From contig NZ_CP011070.1 of NCBI RefSeq assembly GCF_000956175.1, forward strand, positions 1,048,147 to 1,080,146: a stretch of DNA of 32,000 nt. Reading direction: 5' to 3'. The notes beneath the pieces were generated by a model that saw nothing but the letters and a program-made list of their open reading frames with translations, had not been told where the DNA came from and did no database searches. This document shows, piece after piece, positions 1 to 9,008 of this stretch. The DNA comes from Nitrosopumilus adriaticus. GTDB taxonomy: Archaea; Thermoproteota; Nitrososphaeria; Nitrososphaerales; Nitrosopumilaceae. Each line of letters starts with the position of its first letter. Positions within the stretch are counted from its first letter, which is position 1. Both the position numbers and the translations under genes were made by a program.

Positions 1-1
1 C

Positions 2-400
2 ACGTATTTGCTAGAGTCAGATGACATTATTATGAATTCAGACACTTCAAGAATAACACAGATAATCAAAAATTTTCTAAATAATGCCATGGATTTTCTT
101 CCCGAAAATGATCCTAAAATCACTTTATCAGCAAGAAATGAAAATAATATGGTGGTAATTTCAGTCAAAGATAATGGAAAAGGAATTCCAAAGGAAAGTC
201 AAAAGAATTTATTTAAAAAATTCTACCAAGTAGATACTTCTGCCACAAGAGAGCACGGTGGAACAGGTTTGGGATTATCAATTTGCAATGGAATTGCCAT
301 TGGATTAAGAGGTAAAATTGGGGTACACAGTGAGATAAATCAAGGATCCGAATTTTTTATAAAAATTCCAAGAAACACAACGATTGAATTAACCAATTAG
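2..400 (+). CDS. Sensor histidine kinase, C-terminal HATPase_c catalytic domain (5' end outside window)
   Basis: The ORF is open to the window edge. It carries an N-box-like NFLNNAMDF, G1 box VKDNGKGIP, F box FKKFYQ and G2 box GGTGLGLSI. Confidence 0.85.
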   Translation, partial: TYLLESDDIIMNSDTSRITQIIKNFLNNAMDFLPENDPKITLSARNENNMVVISVKDNGKGIPKESQKNLFKKFYQVDTSATREHGGTGLGLSICNGIAIGLRGKIGVHSEINQGSEFFIKIPRNTTIELTN

Positions 401-403
401 AAA

Positions 404-682
404 TTACTTTATTGTTACGCCATTCCAAAATGCAACCATTCCTTTAATTTTTTTGGCAGCATCATTTGGCTCTTCGTAATACCATGCACAATCTTTGTTA
501 GTCTTACCATTTACTGAAACGGAGTAATAATTAGCCATTCCTTTCCATCCACAAAAAGATGTAAAATCAGTCTTTTCAAAATACTCTTTTTTTATAGATT
601 CAATTGGAAAGTAATGATTCCCTTCAACAACTACAGTATCATCACTTTCAGCAATAACTACATCATTCCATATTGCTTGCAT
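404..682 (-). CDS. DUF427-family protein
   Basis: 92 aa. The pattern VVIAESDDTVVVEGNHYFP...FCGWKGMANYYSV...DCAWYYEEP...VAFW matches the conserved DUF427 layout. Confidence 0.75.
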   Translation of the reverse strand: MQAIWNDVVIAESDDTVVVEGNHYFPIESIKKEYFEKTDFTSFCGWKGMANYYSVSVNGKTNKDCAWYYEEPNDAAKKIKGMVAFWNGVTIK

Positions 683-719
683 GATATTCTAACCCATTAA
701 CTGTATTTAAAAAAATACC

Positions 720-2153
720 CTATTCCCCTTTCATTTCTTCTCTGCTTCTAAATTCAGGAGTTATGCCGAGTGATTCGTAATTTCCTGACGAGCAAGTAAA
801 ACACATAGAATCTTTTGGAATTCCGACAGCATTTGCAAGATTTTCAGCATCATTGTATCCCAAAAAGTCGGCGCCAATACTTTGGCGAACCATTTCCGTG
901 ATTTGCTCTTGATTCATTTCTTTTCCATTGGAAAATGTTGCAAGTTCTTCTTGAGAAGGAAAATCAATTCCAGCATAACATGGGAATTTAATTGGAGGAT
1001 ATGTAATTACCATGCTAATTTTCCTAGCTCCTGCTCTACGGAGTGCTTTGATTATTGCCTTGGAGCTAGTACCTCTAACCAGACTATCATCAATTACAAC
1101 AACATGTTTACCTTCAATGATTTCCCTTATTGGAATAATCCATCGGTTAATTTCTATTCTGTCTGATTGATGAGGTTCAATGAAACTTCGTAGTGGCCCC
1201 TTTTTGCTATACCTATCTTTTAGAAGGCCTTCATCAAAAGAAACACCAAGTTCTTGAGCATATCCCAATGCAGCGGGTCTTGCAGAATCAGGTACAGGAA
1301 TTACTAAATCAGCATCATTAATTGGAAATTTCTTTGCCAAAAATCGTCCAATATTCTTTCTTGCAACATAGATGTTTGTACCTTCCATGTTACTTGAGGG
1401 ATGTGCAAAATAAGTGAATTCAAAAGAACAATGTGCACGTGCAGGATCATCAGAGAAACGTTCAGTTTCTAAACCATTTTTGCTTAATTTTATCAATTCA
1501 CCAGGATTTACGTTTCGTTCTAGTTTTGCGCCAACTGCAGACACTGCAGAAGACTCAGACGCGACAATGTAAGTGTCATCAGATTCTTTATGACCTAGAA
1601 CCATTGGACGAAATCCCTTAGGATCACGAGCAGCATAAACAGAATTATCATCAGAGATAAATGTAAAACAATAAGAGCCGACCATTTCATTTTTGAGAAT
1701 TGAAAGTGCTTTTCCCATTTGACCATTCTCTGAAATTAATGCAACTAGTCTTTGAGCGGCAACAAGAGTGTCACTTGCATTTTGTGGTGTAAATGAGCAC
1801 CCACCTACCAGATTAGATAATTCTTGTACATTTGCAATTGTTCCATTGTGTGCAATGCAAAGATCTTTTACTTTGAGTGGTTGGGCATTTTCTAATGAAC
1901 TTCTACCCATTGTAGAATATCGAACATGGCCAATAACTGCAGAAGATGCATATTCCTCAGTTATTTTTTTAAATTCAGATGAGGCACCAGAAACCAATCC
2001 CAATCTCTTAAGTGGCGGTTTATTTGGAATTGCAAGACCCCAAGCTTCTTGTCCTCTATGTTGAAGTGCTCTTAATGCATCAATTACCATAGGAACTACA
2101 TTAGTTCCACTAAGACTAAAAATTCCAACAACGCCACAATTTTCCTTAACCAT
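720..2153 (-). CDS. purF: Amidophosphoribosyltransferase (glutamine-PRPP amidotransferase)
   Basis: 477 aa. The N-terminal MVKENCGVVGI holds the Ntn Cys nucleophile after a short propeptide. It also has the PRPP loop VVVIDDSLVRGTS and a C-terminal Cys cluster CFTCSSGNY. It is the last gene of the purS-Q-L-F cluster on the minus strand. Confidence 0.95.
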   Translation of the reverse strand: MVKENCGVVGIFSLSGTNVVPMVIDALRALQHRGQEAWGLAIPNKPPLKRLGLVSGASSEFKKITEEYASSAVIGHVRYSTMGRSSLENAQPLKVKDLCIAHNGTIANVQELSNLVGGCSFTPQNASDTLVAAQRLVALISENGQMGKALSILKNEMVGSYCFTFISDDNSVYAARDPKGFRPMVLGHKESDDTYIVASESSAVSAVGAKLERNVNPGELIKLSKNGLETERFSDDPARAHCSFEFTYFAHPSSNMEGTNIYVARKNIGRFLAKKFPINDADLVIPVPDSARPAALGYAQELGVSFDEGLLKDRYSKKGPLRSFIEPHQSDRIEINRWIIPIREIIEGKHVVVIDDSLVRGTSSKAIIKALRRAGARKISMVITYPPIKFPCYAGIDFPSQEELATFSNGKEMNQEQITEMVRQSIGADFLGYNDAENLANAVGIPKDSMCFTCSSGNYESLGITPEFRSREEMKGE

Positions 2154-2277
2154 GAAGTACCAAGTCCCCTAACGAATTTAACCAAGTTTTTTGTGCTTTA
2201 TCAACTCTTAGATCAACGACGGATGTTACTCCATTCACAAATTGAATTCTGTCTCCTCCAAATTTACCTATTACTTG
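2146..2277 (-). other. purL: Out-of-frame C-terminal segment of purL (-1 frame relative to main ORF)
   Basis: My translation gives QVIGKFGGDRIQFVNGVTSVVDLRVDKAQKTWLNSLGDLVLHG*, a typical PurL C-terminal strand/helix pattern. Its stop overlaps the purF start (ATGGTTAA). This frame is open from 2328 down to 2146. Confidence 0.8.
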
Positions 2278-4310
2278 AATGAAACTTTGTTCTTTTTTAG
2301 CAAATCTTCTAATTTTTTCAGATTTTTCTTATCAAAAGATAGTAGATATCGAGAATGACTTTCAGAAAAAAGAATTCTAGCAACATCTAATTTTTCCCCA
2401 GGTACTTTTTCCAAGGATACTTTGCATCCGATCATATTTCTCATACATAACTCTGAGATGGCAATTGCCAGTCCTCCCTTTGAGCAGTCATGGGCAGATT
2501 TTAAGAGACCATTATCAATTACCTCCAATACGGATTTCATATTTTTCTTTGATTCTGAAAAAACTACAGTAGGACATTTCCCACCAATGAATTTATGAAT
2601 ATACTCAAAATATTCAGAGCCACCCATCTCATCTTTAGTATCACCAATAATTACGAGACAGTCATTTTCAGATATTTTTTGAGGAATCAGTGGTTTTTTA
2701 TCAATGAGTCCCAAAACGCCAATTACGGGAGTTGGTTTTATTGGCCCTGAAGGAGTTTCATTGTATAGGCTAACTTTGCCACCAACACATGGAATCTTAA
2801 AGTCTTTAGCAAAATCAGTCAATCCCTTTAATGATTCTAAAAATGTCCAAAAGATTTCAGGATCTTTTGGGTTTCCAAATTGAAGATGATCAAGCATTCC
2901 AATGGGCTTTGCTCCTGTGCATACAACATTTCTGCAAGCCTCCTCAAAGCAGCCGATTGCACCTTCTCTGGGATTTATGTAACATTGTTTTGGATTGCCA
3001 TCAATCTTTGCTGAAAGAAATTTCCCATTGTCCAATCTTAAAACAGATGCATCCCCTCCAGGCTTTACAACAGTTCGAATTCCTACTTCATGATCATATT
3101 GACTATAAACCCATATCTTACTTGCGATATTTGGTGATGCAAGTAAGTTCATCAATGTTTTTGAATAATCAGAAATATCTTTGAGTTTCTTTTCATTCTC
3201 AATTGTTTTCAGATATTCAGGTTTTTTTGATGGCAAATCAAGTAAAGTGGCATTTGCAACAACGTCAGTAGGTAAATTTGCAAATGTCTTTTTCCCTTTT
3301 TTTACATGCATTTGATTATCAGATGTAACATGACCAATGACAGAACATTCAATATGGAATTTTTTGCAAATGGTCTCAAGTTTTTTTAATTTAATTTTAT
3401 CTGTAACAATTAGCATTCTCTCTTGAGATTCAGAAACCATAATTTCATCAGGATGCATGTCAGATTCACGAGTGTGAACTTTTTGAACATCCATCTCTAT
3501 TCCAATATCTAATGCATCAGCTGTTTCGGAAATTGCGCAGGATAGTCCACCACCGCCAAGATCTTTCATGGCATGAATTAATTTCTGATTTCTAGCCTCC
3601 AAAACTGCCTCTATGATTAATTTCTCAATGAAAGGATCAGGGATTTGCACTGCAGAACGATCTTCTGATTCTAGGGAGTCAGAGGCAAATTGAGAACCAC
3701 CAATTCCATCTCTACCAGTAGAGCCACCTAGTAAAACAACTAGATCACCTTTGTTTGCATGATTTTTTATCAAATTTTCTTTTTTGCCAAATCCTATTGC
3801 AGCAACATCAACAAGTGCATAGTTTTGATAACATTCATCAAATTCAACTTCTCCTCCAATTGTAGGAATGCCTAAACAATTCCCATAAGCCGCAACTCCA
3901 CTTACTGCATTTTTGAATAACCATCTTGCTTGTTGATCTTTTTCAATATTGCCAAAACGTAAACCATCAAAGATTGCAATAGGTCTTGTGCCAGCAGATA
4001 AAATATCCCTAATCACACCACCCACACCAGTTGCAGCTCCACCAAATGGCTCCACAGCAGATGGATGGTTATGACTTTCAATATGAGCAGTTACTACATA
4101 GCCTCCACCTACATCTAAGACACCAGAATCATATCCTTTTTCATTAATTACAAGAGGTCCAGTCATTGGTAACATTTTGAGATGTTTTTTTGAGGATTTG
4201 TAGGAGCAATGCTCAGACCACTCAGCAGCTACGATTTGTAATTCAGTTGAAGTTGGATTCCTGCCAATTTTGGATTTTAATTCAGATAGCTCATGAGTTT
4301 CTAAACTCAA
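2271..4310 (-). CDS. purL: Phosphoribosylformylglycinamidine synthase subunit PurL (main ORF, ends prematurely)
   Basis: 679 aa with PurL motifs EWSEHCSYKSS, ESHNHPSAVEPFGGAATGVGG and DLGGGGLSCA. It has an ATGA overlap with purQ at 4307-4310. The conserved C-terminus continues in another frame (next feature). Confidence 0.95.
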   Translation of the reverse strand: MSLETHELSELKSKIGRNPTSTELQIVAAEWSEHCSYKSSKKHLKMLPMTGPLVINEKGYDSGVLDVGGGYVVTAHIESHNHPSAVEPFGGAATGVGGVIRDILSAGTRPIAIFDGLRFGNIEKDQQARWLFKNAVSGVAAYGNCLGIPTIGGEVEFDECYQNYALVDVAAIGFGKKENLIKNHANKGDLVVLLGGSTGRDGIGGSQFASDSLESEDRSAVQIPDPFIEKLIIEAVLEARNQKLIHAMKDLGGGGLSCAISETADALDIGIEMDVQKVHTRESDMHPDEIMVSESQERMLIVTDKIKLKKLETICKKFHIECSVIGHVTSDNQMHVKKGKKTFANLPTDVVANATLLDLPSKKPEYLKTIENEKKLKDISDYSKTLMNLLASPNIASKIWVYSQYDHEVGIRTVVKPGGDASVLRLDNGKFLSAKIDGNPKQCYINPREGAIGCFEEACRNVVCTGAKPIGMLDHLQFGNPKDPEIFWTFLESLKGLTDFAKDFKIPCVGGKVSLYNETPSGPIKPTPVIGVLGLIDKKPLIPQKISENDCLVIIGDTKDEMGGSEYFEYIHKFIGGKCPTVVFSESKKNMKSVLEVIDNGLLKSAHDCSKGGLAIAISELCMRNMIGCKVSLEKVPGEKLDVARILFSESHSRYLLSFDKKNLKKLEDLLKKNKVSFK

Positions 4311-4999
4311 TTACTAACACCCATTTTAGATAAAAGTGATTCAAAAATTAATGAAGAAGGTTTGTTATCTACAGGATTAATTTCAGATTCTACTGCTCTT
4401 TCTGGATGAGGCATCATGCCAACAACATTTCCATCTTCGTTACATACTCCTGCAATCCTATCAGTAGAACCATTTACAACTTGGCTATATCTAAAGACAA
4501 TTTGATTTTTTTTCTTTAATTGTTTTAAAACGTCATCATCTGCATAGTATCTACCTTCTCCATTTGCAATTGGGATTGGGATTTTTTGGTGTAGTTTAAA
4601 CTGATTTGTAAATGGAGTTTTATTATTTTCAACTATAAGATTGGTCCACTCACACATAAAATTAAGAGATTCATTTTTCATTAAAACTCCAGGCAACAAT
4701 CCAGACTCTACTAAAATTTGAAATCCATTGCATACACCTAAAATTGGAATTCCTTTCTCAGCCATTTTTCGAACATCTTTAATTATCGGGCTATGAGCAG
4801 CAATTACACCTGCCCTAAGTCTATCCCCATAAGAGAACCCTCCCGGAAGAATAACAGCATCAATATTTTTTGGAAGAGGTTTTTCATGCCAAAAGTATTG
4901 GGCATCTAGATTAAACACATCTGTTAGAACATGATACATATCTCGATCGCAATTACTACCTGGAAAAACTACAACTCCAACTTTCACAATTATTTTCAC
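4307..4999 (-). CDS. purQ: Phosphoribosylformylglycinamidine synthase glutaminase subunit PurQ
   Basis: 230 aa. It has the class I glutamine amidotransferase triad context GVCNGFQIL and MPHPER. It is positioned between purS and purL. Confidence 0.95.
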   Translation of the reverse strand: MKIIVKVGVVVFPGSNCDRDMYHVLTDVFNLDAQYFWHEKPLPKNIDAVILPGGFSYGDRLRAGVIAAHSPIIKDVRKMAEKGIPILGVCNGFQILVESGLLPGVLMKNESLNFMCEWTNLIVENNKTPFTNQFKLHQKIPIPIANGEGRYYADDDVLKQLKKKNQIVFRYSQVVNGSTDRIAGVCNEDGNVVGMMPHPERAVESEINPVDNKPSSLIFESLLSKMGVSN

Positions 5000-5096
5000 A
5001 ATCAGAGATATTTAATTTGAATTGAGACGAGAAAATTTTTGTCTGAGACTAAATCTTGATCGCAATAATCTATCCAGACATAAAGTAGGGTGTATT

Positions 5097-5357
5097 TTAG
5101 TTGGCAAAAACATCGATGGTTACTTTACTTACCATAGGATTGTAAATACGCAATTCATCACAAATTTCTTTTACTTTTAATTGAGCAGATTTTTTATCTT
5201 TTTCTTTAATAGTAAATTTTAGCATCTTTGCTGTTTTTATTTTTGATACTGATTTTTGAGTTCCTTTGAGAACCAAATCATTAAGAATCGTGTCGCCTTC
5301 AGGGTCACTTATTCCCGGTTTGTTTTCAATAGTTACGTGAACATCAAAAAGTGGCAT
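5097..5357 (-). CDS. purS: Phosphoribosylformylglycinamidine synthase subunit PurS
   Basis: 86 aa. It carries the PurS-like KPGISDPEGDTILNDL motif and lies immediately upstream of purQ. Confidence 0.85.
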   Translation of the reverse strand: MPLFDVHVTIENKPGISDPEGDTILNDLVLKGTQKSVSKIKTAKMLKFTIKEKDKKSAQLKVKEICDELRIYNPMVSKVTIDVFAN

Positions 5358-5492
5358 TAATATTTTGCAAAATAAATTTGAGGTTAATCTATCTTCCGAA
5401 AAAATTTATGCTTTTATAGTTATTTTGAGATATTTGTCAGGTATCCGGTTCTGAGACTTGTATTGTTGCAGATATAACCAGCCCAGGATCGG

Positions 5493-5882
5493 CTACTTTG
5501 GATTAAAATTTTCTTTAACGTATTCAGTATATTTTCTGTATAGACCAGACTGATATCGAGGATTAACTACAATTAATAATTTATTTTTCAAATCTTCTTT
5601 TGATTGATACATGTCTTTTTCAACAATTCCTTTGGCATCTAAAGTCACACATACATCTTGCCACGAAAATACCTCATCAGGATCCCTGTTTGCAGTTGCA
5701 TAGTAAACATACAGCAATCGTAGTTTGTTGTATTCATCAAGAGTCAAATCCTTCCCCATAACGTAATTTCTTTTCAAAGTATGAAAAAATTTCAAACCAT
5801 CTGCAGTTAAAACATAATCAAAAAGTTTTGGATAATCATTAATTTCAATTGGGTAAAGGGGGTTTGTTTTGTCAGATTCCAT
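5493..5882 (-). CDS. Hypothetical protein (129 aa), downstream partner of small RHH ORF
   Basis: Clean ORF with no recognisable motifs. It lies 45 nt downstream of the RHH mini-ORF on the same strand. Confidence 0.6.
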   Translation of the reverse strand: MESDKTNPLYPIEINDYPKLFDYVLTADGLKFFHTLKRNYVMGKDLTLDEYNKLRLLYVYYATANRDPDEVFSWQDVCVTLDAKGIVEKDMYQSKEDLKNKLLIVVNPRYQSGLYRKYTEYVKENFNPK

Positions 5883-5926
5883 AGTATTAGAAATAGTGTC
5901 AGTCCATGATTATAATCATATTTTGA

Positions 5927-6082
5927 TCATGTTTTTAATGTCTTGAGACCTTCAGTTACAACCAAGTTGAGTACATGTGAAAAGCTTACAGATGAGGATG
6001 TATTCTTGATCATCTTTGCTTGAATACTCCTAAGTTTTTCTATATTAGATTGATTCATTACGACAGTGATTCTGTTTTTCAC
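5927..6082 (-). CDS. Small ribbon-helix-helix (CopG/Arc-like) protein, 51 aa, GTG start; absent from the ORF track
   Basis: My translation gives (V)KNRITVVMNQSNIEKLRSIQAKMIKNTSSSVSFSHVLNLVVTEGLKTLKT. It has an N-terminal basic beta-strand followed by two helices. It is a clear paralog of the ORF at 10486-10626. Confidence 0.5.
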   Translation of the reverse strand: MKNRITVVMNQSNIEKLRSIQAKMIKNTSSSVSFSHVLNLVVTEGLKTLKT

Positions 6083-6139
6083 GTAAATATTGCCTTGATC
6101 TACTATTAAAACAACTAAGATTTTTCCAGTCTTACAGTA

Positions 6140-6643
6140 TTGGAATTTATATCAGCACAATTTACAACAATCATAATGGCAAAAGGAAGAATGCGATATT
6201 GGAAGATCACTGCAGAAGAACTAGCCAGTTATTCATATGATGAAAGTAATTTGTTAAATTGGGAAATTAAATGTGTCAGAGAGCCTGAAGATGAGGCTAT
6301 TTTTATCGGTGTTTTCATGTATAGAAAAGGCACTGCATATGACTATGAATCAGTCAAAGGAATCTGCTATTTTCATAATAACATAGATAGAAAAGAACTG
6401 CCTTCCATCACAAGTTTTCTTCAAGGAAAATTCAATGGAAAAGAGATGGAAAAAGGAGACAGGATATTCCTCAAGGATTCAAAGGAAATCTATTCTGCTA
6501 AAGACATTAGCGACTTGGCAAAAGAGATGGAATCTAAATTTAATACCAAAGCCATTATTTCTTTAGAATTTGAAGGGATTACTGCAGAGCAACTCAAAGA
6601 GGCAGGACTACCTGAAGCAAAATTATTGCCCATCCCCACTTAA
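6140..6643 (+). CDS. Hypothetical protein
   Basis: 167-aa ORF from a TTG start. An ATG at 6176 (MAKGRMRYWK) is the more likely start. No motif recognised. Confidence 0.6.
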   Translation: MEFISAQFTTIIMAKGRMRYWKITAEELASYSYDESNLLNWEIKCVREPEDEAIFIGVFMYRKGTAYDYESVKGICYFHNNIDRKELPSITSFLQGKFNGKEMEKGDRIFLKDSKEIYSAKDISDLAKEMESKFNTKAIISLEFEGITAEQLKEAGLPEAKLLPIPT

Positions 6644-6673
6644 TTGATATAGTTTAGAAAACAAAGTTATCCA

Positions 6674-7465
6674 ATGTCTGAATTGGATGGAATAAATCAG
6701 CATCTAGAAGAGCTAAGAAAAAGATTACTTCGAATTGTATTAATTATTGGAATTATCACAGTATTCATTTTAACTTTTCATGCCGAGCCTATCGAAGTTG
6801 CAGGAATTACAATGTATTATCCATTGCCTGAACCACTAAACAACATTGCAGCACAAATAACAAATCATATGAAAAATAATCTTGTTCCAGAAGATGTTCA
6901 ATTAATTCAGACAGCTCCAGGACAAGCTTTCTTTGCACAAGTGTACATTGCAGCGCTAGTGGGGATTGTAGTTGGAATGCCAGTAATTGTAAAAGAATTG
7001 GTAGGATTTATCAAACCCGCATTAAAAGAAAATGAAATTCATGTTAGCAGAAACATTACACTTCCTGCTTTGGGATTATTCATTGCTGGTTGTGTTTTTT
7101 CATATAATTTAGTGATTCCATATATTTTGGATTTTTTATACAGATATGGTGAATCAGCAGGTCTAGTAACATTTCTTAACGTCATAGAATTTGTCACATT
7201 TGTTTTACAGTTTTTGCTGGCATTTGGTTTTTCATTTCAGCTTCCACTTGTAATGTATGCAATTTCTGTTTCAGGTATGGTTGATTCTGATTTTTGGAGA
7301 AAAAACATCAGATATGCAATTGTCATTATTGTGATCTTCGGAGCTGTTATCACTCCAGATGGGAGTGGTGTCACTATGTGGTTTATTGCAGGCCCAATGA
7401 TTGCACTATATGTTATAGGCATGGCAGTGATTGAGCGTAAAGAACGCAAAAAGTTGAACACTTAA
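6674..7465 (+). CDS. tatC: Twin-arginine translocase subunit TatC
   Basis: 263 aa and polytopic. The N-terminal HLEELRKRLLRIV motif and a six-TM layout are typical of TatC. It is followed by tatA. Confidence 0.9.
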   Translation: MSELDGINQHLEELRKRLLRIVLIIGIITVFILTFHAEPIEVAGITMYYPLPEPLNNIAAQITNHMKNNLVPEDVQLIQTAPGQAFFAQVYIAALVGIVVGMPVIVKELVGFIKPALKENEIHVSRNITLPALGLFIAGCVFSYNLVIPYILDFLYRYGESAGLVTFLNVIEFVTFVLQFLLAFGFSFQLPLVMYAISVSGMVDSDFWRKNIRYAIVIIVIFGAVITPDGSGVTMWFIAGPMIALYVIGMAVIERKERKKLNT

Positions 7466-7492
7466 ATCCAAATTTAATCAATTAAAAATACA

Positions 7493-7723
7493 ATGTTAGG
7501 AATGGAATTATCAAATTTCATTGCAGGACAAGAATGGATCTTTATCATAATTATTGCAGTAGTATTCATTTTTGGTGCAAAAAAGATTCCAGAGCTTGCC
7601 AAGACCTTTGGTAAAGCTAAAGGAGAATTTGAAAAAGGAAAAATCGAGGCAGATAAAGATCTAAAGGAATTCAAAGAAGGCGTAAACAGTTCCTCCAAAG
7701 ACAAAGAAATCAAATCAGACTAG
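7493..7723 (+). CDS. tatA: Twin-arginine translocase subunit TatA/E
   Basis: 76 aa. It has a single N-terminal TM followed by the amphipathic FGAKKIPELAKTFGKAKGEFEKG signature. Confidence 0.85.
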   Translation: MLGMELSNFIAGQEWIFIIIIAVVFIFGAKKIPELAKTFGKAKGEFEKGKIEADKDLKEFKEGVNSSSKDKEIKSD

Positions 7724-8148
7724 TTTTCTGCATTTTTTACAAAATCATCTAAAATTTTACCATAATCTTGCTCATAGGTATTTTTCCCAAATAAGCTTGA
7801 AATTTTTAATTTACCTTTAATTTTAAAATCAACTTCAACCATAACTTTGGTTCCTTTCTCAAGTTCAAGGAATTTTTCTTTGAAGATACTGCCCTTTGCA
7901 TCCCCACCAATTACAAAAACATCGTGAGATGTTGGAGAATTAGATACGTGTTTTGCCATTATCAGAAATTCCTTATCACCTAGACGCAGATATTCTTCTA
8001 CTACTGAGATATTATTTCGAACAGAGCGAACTCGAATTGATGGGAAATGTTGTGGGAATAATTTTGGGAAATTCTCAAAATCAGAAAAAATGTTATAAAC
8101 AGATTCCCTTTTTGCATCAATAATTCTTTCTAAAGAAAATTTTGGCAA
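7720..8148 (-). CDS. SRPBCC (START/polyketide-cyclase-like) superfamily protein
   Basis: 142 aa. The N-terminal ERIIDAKRESVYNIFSDFENFPKLFPQHF resembles Polyketide_cyc2/SRPBCC openings. It lies directly downstream of ubiX. Confidence 0.55.
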   Translation of the reverse strand: MPKFSLERIIDAKRESVYNIFSDFENFPKLFPQHFPSIRVRSVRNNISVVEEYLRLGDKEFLIMAKHVSNSPTSHDVFVIGGDAKGSIFKEKFLELEKGTKVMVEVDFKIKGKLKISSLFGKNTYEQDYGKILDDFVKNAEN

Positions 8149-8155
8149 TGGTAAT

Positions 8156-8716
8156 TTAGAATGTGCCCCATCGAGGGTATAAATCGTGCTCTATGTTAAA
8201 TTGGTCCAAACATTTTCCAACACCGTGATTTACAATATCATCAATAGATTTTGGTTTTGTATAAAATTCCGTTACAGGAGGCAAAATAACAACACCTAAT
8301 CTAGAAAGCTTTAGCATGTTTTCTAAATGAATTGCAGATAACGGAGTCTCTCTAACCATTAAAATTAATTTTCGAGATTCTTTAATGGTAACACCTGCAG
8401 CTCTTGCAATTAATGTATCATCATACCCATTAGCAATCGCTGCCAATGTCTTCATACTACAAGGAGCTACAATCATGCCATCAATTCTATGAGTTCCACT
8501 TGAAACACTTGATGCCATATTTTTCTCTTCAGAGAAATTAGATGCAAGTGATTTTACATGATCAATTGAATAGTCAGTCTCCATCGAGATACATTTCTCA
8601 GCCCATTCAGACATTATCAAGTGCGATTCAATATTTAATTTCTTGAGAGTCTCAAGCATCCTAATGCCATAGATAACACCGGTACTGCCAGTAATTCCAA
8701 TAACTAATTTCAACAT
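8156..8716 (-). CDS. ubiX: Flavin prenyltransferase UbiX
   Basis: 186 aa. It carries GITGSTGVIYGIRMLETL and VAPCSMKTLAAIANGYDDTLIARAA, which are flavoprotein UbiX/Pad1 motifs. Confidence 0.9.
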   Translation of the reverse strand: MLKLVIGITGSTGVIYGIRMLETLKKLNIESHLIMSEWAEKCISMETDYSIDHVKSLASNFSEEKNMASSVSSGTHRIDGMIVAPCSMKTLAAIANGYDDTLIARAAGVTIKESRKLILMVRETPLSAIHLENMLKLSRLGVVILPPVTEFYTKPKSIDDIVNHGVGKCLDQFNIEHDLYPRWGTF

Positions 8717-8770
8717 TGATTCTAGAGATGCGTAGTATTTTATGTATTAGATGTGAAGGAATGTTTGGCA

Positions 8771-8917
8771 CTAGATATTTTGAGGATTGTCAGATTCTGC
8801 AAGTTCTTCGGATTCTTTTTTCATTTTTCTACGTTTTATCCACAATGAAATTCCCCCCACAGTCATGGCAGTAAGCAAAATAACTCCGGCCATCTGCAGT
8901 TCAAAATGATAAAACAT
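8771..8917 (-). CDS. Possible small single-pass membrane protein (48 aa); absent from the ORF track
   Basis: My translation gives MFYHFELQMAGVILLTAMTVGGISLWIKRRKMKKESEELAESDNPQNI. It has one hydrophobic helix followed by a positive cluster. There is no other support. Confidence 0.3.
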   Translation of the reverse strand: MFYHFELQMAGVILLTAMTVGGISLWIKRRKMKKESEELAESDNPQNI

Positions 8918-9008
8918 ATCTGAAATTGCACATTAGTTTAGGAAAAATCTTGTGATTTGTGCCGATCTTGGAAATTAGCTATATTAGCTCCCCATATCTA
9001 GGCATAAT

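Noticed and set aside
709-715. T7 tract (minus strand) just after the purF stop, as an oligo-T terminator.
   Set aside because: The DUF427 gene follows only 38 nt downstream on the same strand and may be co-transcribed. An A/T run in such an AT-rich genome is not sufficient evidence.
882-3184. ORFs 882-1166, 1433-1621, 1768-2064 and 2831-3184 on the plus strand.
   Set aside because: They lie entirely antisense within the strongly supported purF and purL genes. Their composition is skewed and shadow-like, with no motifs.
5358-5492. Possible riboswitch or leader structure upstream of purS (GC-richer stretch CCAGCCCAGGATCGGCTAC).
   Set aside because: Only 4-bp complementarities were found and there is no resemblance to purine-riboswitch consensus. 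It is more likely the 3' end or terminator region of the 5493 gene plus the purS promoter.
7237-7713. Minus-strand ORFs 7237-7461 and 7474-7713.
   Set aside because: They are antisense to tatC and tatA, both of which carry clear family signatures. They are treated as shadow ORFs.
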